A stretch of 64,000 nucleotides of DNA from Salpingoeca rosetta (Eukaryota; Protista; Choanoflagellata). How positions within the stretch are numbered: position 1 is the stretch's first letter; the number at the start of each line of letters is the position of its first letter. The stretch lies in contig JAWQFM010000009.1 of NCBI GenBank assembly GCA_033442325.1, positions 1,591,672 to 1,655,671 on the forward strand, read 5' to 3'. The notes below the pieces were generated by a model. The model was not told where the DNA came from and did no database searches. It was given only the letters and a program-made list of their open reading frames with translations. This document shows positions 60,766 through 64,000 of the stretch, piece by piece. A program made the translations under genes and the position numbers.

Positions 60766-62063
60766 GGTGCGATGGGAGAGATGCGCGCTGAGGAGCCAGG
60801 AAGTCAAGCGAGTCGGTTGTTTCGTGGTGGGCTGAGCTCGTCTAACTGGCGATGAAGAATGCCGAACACTGATGGAAGGTGGAGATAGCATTGAGGGTGA
60901 TCACAGGGCACACGCAGAGACGGGGGAGTAAGAGGAACAGACATAGACATGGGCGTACACACAGCCAGATACACACGCATGCACACGCACGCACGCACAT
61001 ACATGCACACATACGCACGCACACAATGCGAGTAACGCAGCAACAGGGTGCTTGAAGAGGCAAGGCGATGGGTGCAACTGAAGACAAACAGCACACCCGA
61101 ACCTCCGACAGCAAGCGAGGACCATGTCACACAGTTCAGCAGAGCCCACCTGTGCTGTGCTGGAGCGAAGAGCGCGGTGGAAAATGAAGTCCATGCCAAG
61201 GACACAGGCGATGGTCGGCTCAAGTCGCAAAGCTGCACGCCAGCTGTCACTGGCACGTGACGCGTGCTCGCGTGTGCGCATGGCCAGTATCACATGATCG
61301 CGTGGCGGCACATGTGCAGCACATGCATGATCGTGAGCGCGTGGCAAGTGCGTCGCCTGTTGTTGTTGTTGTCCACAGAAAACCCCTCAATGTAGTGGGC
61401 AAAAAAAATTACATTACACAATGTACTTCTAAAGCCTAAAGCGCATGGCATGACGTCATCGACAGTACTGACGCGTGATTTCGCGTGCGTGCATGTTGAC
61501 TGTCCACGTGTCGCTGTTCCTCTGTTCGCGGTGCACGTGTAATACCAGAATACCCTCCCTCATTTGTCCCTCGTGCGAGCAACCACGTGCTGTTCATGCT
61601 CCTTGCGTCTGCTGTCGGTGGTTCGCTGGTCATCATTTTCTCTTGTTCTTGTGTTGCTCACTTGCTCAGTCGCCTTCGTGTCCGTGAGTGGTTGCTTTTG
61701 GCTTATTGGCTTGCTCTCCTCTCCTCCTCCCTGCTCTCCTTGCTCTGCTCTGCACCCAACTCTCCTTCGAGGTGAGCAAGCGCCCATGCATTCGCCACAC
61801 CCCACCACTCTTAGACTCTTGCACTGTCATCCATTGGCCTGATGCTCAGTTGCTCTCATCGCCATGGAGCTGGTGCCGCCCGTGAACTGCCTGTCATGCA
61901 CCGTTGACACTCCTGCTGCTGCTGCTGTTGCTGCTGCCCACGCCCCCTGTCCTGACACGTGTGCGCAGTCTGCTCAAGCTAACCTGTCCCCCGCTGTTGT
62001 CCTCTCTCGTCTTGTGTGGATGGGCTTTGTTGCTGTGTTTGGGCGACATAGGAGCATCAAGAC

Positions 62064-62435
62064 ATGTTCCAGAACCGCGTCGTGTTCTGTCCGCATCACC
62101 GGTACAACCTGAGGATATGTGACCGGCTATATGACGAGATTGGACCGAACGCTGTGGGATACCATGAGGTTGTTCGAGCAGCCCAGTATCTGACCAACCT
62201 CAGACGCGATCTTGCAGCAGAAGTGAAGCGAGGCAAGAAAGGCGCCACGGAGCGCCTCGCAATTGTCAACATGGTTTCCTTTACTCTCGCACGACGACTT
62301 GAAGAGAGTCCCGAGCCTAAACCAGAGCATCTAGTCTTTGCGGCGCACGCAGTAGCCATATGCTTCAATTTTTGCGTGCTGTGCCTCTGCTTCAACCGAG
62401 CTGACTTCCATCCCAAAAATGATTCTTCTGATTCC

Positions 62436-62467
<32 letters not shown>

Positions 62468-62489
62468 CGATGACGACGACGAAGAGTAG
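62064..62489 (+). CDS. Small intronless Cys/His-rich protein with acidic tail, family member C (141 aa)
   Basis: VVFCPHH...EVVRAAQYLTNLRRDLAAEVKRGKKGATERLAI...CFNFCVLCLC...poly-Asp. The helical core aligns with A and FCVLCLC aligns with B's FCVFCFC. Confidence 0.65.
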
Positions 62490-62603
62490 CCCTGTGGGAC
62501 TTCTGGACTTGAGAATGACGTTTGTTTTCAAGAGGCCCATTTCGTAGCCCTTCGCTCCTCTCACCATCACTCGCCACATACCTGTCCTGTCCTTGTTGTC
62601 GCT

Positions 62604-62650
<47 letters not shown>

Positions 62651-63321
62651 GCTGTCTGTTTGCCGTGTACGTGTCTGAGCTCGCACGTATGTTGCCTCTA
62701 CCCTTCGCTCTTGGGATTGCTGCTCATTTCGTGGCTTTGTTGGCTTAGTCGACTTACTTGCAACTGGCTAACTGGAATACACATACAAGAAGCGTTAAAT
62801 AGCAAGCACGGATGAAACCGGCTATACTGCGTTTGCGTTTCCTGCGTCGGTGAGTGTGTGTGTGTGTGTGTGTTTGTGTGAGTGAGTGAGTGTTTGTGTG
62901 TGTGAGTGTTTGTGAGTCGACAAGGAATGGGGTGGGAATGAAGCGTGGCGCTGACGTTGGCAGTAGCTGCTGCTACGGTGTCTCGACAAAGGAAGTTGGG
63001 CGTTTATGGTGCGAGATAACCAGGAGACGAAACAAAAGACGTGATATAACGAACGTCAGTCACAGTGGGTCGTAACTCAACAAAACACAGCCACAAGACG
63101 ATGACGATCTTTGAGCGAAAGGCACACGAACAAGCAACAAAACAAAATAGTGGTGCAGCGACACGCTACTACAGCTCGGCGCTATTCACATCACATGATA
63201 CAGGACGCATCAGACAGGAACGCGCCAACACTGCATTGCATGTAGTTGTTCCTGTTGGTGTCAATCAGAGCAGGCGATGGCAGGAAACGAAGAGGAGCAG
63301 CCAGAATCTGACCAAGAGTCG

Positions 63322-63665
63322 TTACAGCTCATCCTTTGAGGCCGTTGCACCAGATGTCGACCGATCAACACGTCCCTCAACAAGCCCTGTGAGACAATGC
63401 CAAATCAGCATTCAACACACACAGCACAATGCCGTGAGCAAAGCACTAACAAGCAGCACGGCTCGCCGAATTACCGGCATCGTCTCTCCAAGCCCCACTG
63501 CCCTGCAAACAGTTTGCGACCTAAGGGGGGGGGGCACCAGGGTAGACCCCAAAACGCAAACAGGATGTGATGTTTACCTTCGAGCTCAGCGATGCGGCCA
63601 GCAAGGTCATGATTATTGAACCACAGAAAGGCAAGTACAACCAGCAATATCACGATGATGGTAGC
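63322..63665 (-). CDS. Last two exons of a membrane protein ending in KDEL; 5' part unresolved or beyond the window
   Basis: Exons 63665-63578 and 63386-63322 join in phase 1: ATIIVILLVVLAFLWFNNHDLAGRIAELE-GLVEGRVDRSTSGATASKDEL*. Confidence 0.6.
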
Positions 63666-64000
63666 CTGGCAGCCATCGGTGAAAGGAAGTTGAATAGAGT
63701 GCGGAGCGTGAGTTGGTGAATGAAGATTCGACTGGCTAGTGTCAGTTGGCTGGAGCACACAGCAGGATATACAAGACGCCTGCACGCACTTCAATGGGCG
63801 AGGCTACATGCCAAAGACAGCCAAAATACCAGCACGCAGCCACAAGACACACGTACACATGCACTCACACACACACACACACACGCACACACACACACAC
63901 GCATCAAAAAGCCACAATCATCCATGGGACGCTAGATGCAGCCATGGGGTGATGGACTTGTGTACGGTGTCACAGAATGGCACCTGAAAAGCAATGATGA

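Overview
Eukaryotic, GC-rich, very intron-dense DNA whose introns are filled with (CA/TG)n and other microsatellites. The style resembles a choanoflagellate such as Salpingoeca (inference only). Most six-frame ORFs are repeat artefacts; real genes were rebuilt by hand-splicing GT-AG exons. In order: the 5' part of a secreted WAP-domain protein (-), SHQ1 (-), SH3-containing PRMT2 (+), PARP1 (-), an intronless IS630/Tc1-mariner-type transposase derivative lacking its second catalytic Asp (+), NAA60 (-), a RasGAP with a RanBP2-type zinc finger (+), NAA38/LSMD1 (-), UBE4B/UFD2 (-), DTL/Cdt2-like WD40 protein (+), one or two uncharacterised spliced genes (-), a CDC48-family double-AAA protein with both Walker B glutamates lost (-), tRNA-Ala(TGC), an intronless atypical ZIP transporter (+), and the 3' end of a TM+KDEL protein (-). 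Best candidate for an undescribed system: three small, intronless, mutually similar Cys/His-rich helical ORFs (52927-53283, 60415-60765, 62064-62489) within 10 kb, two of which share upstream sequence blocks. Second: the apparently domesticated transposase head-to-head with PARP1. There are three assembly gaps (18652-18751, 45580-45721, 54425-55115). All homology calls are from motif recognition, not database searches.
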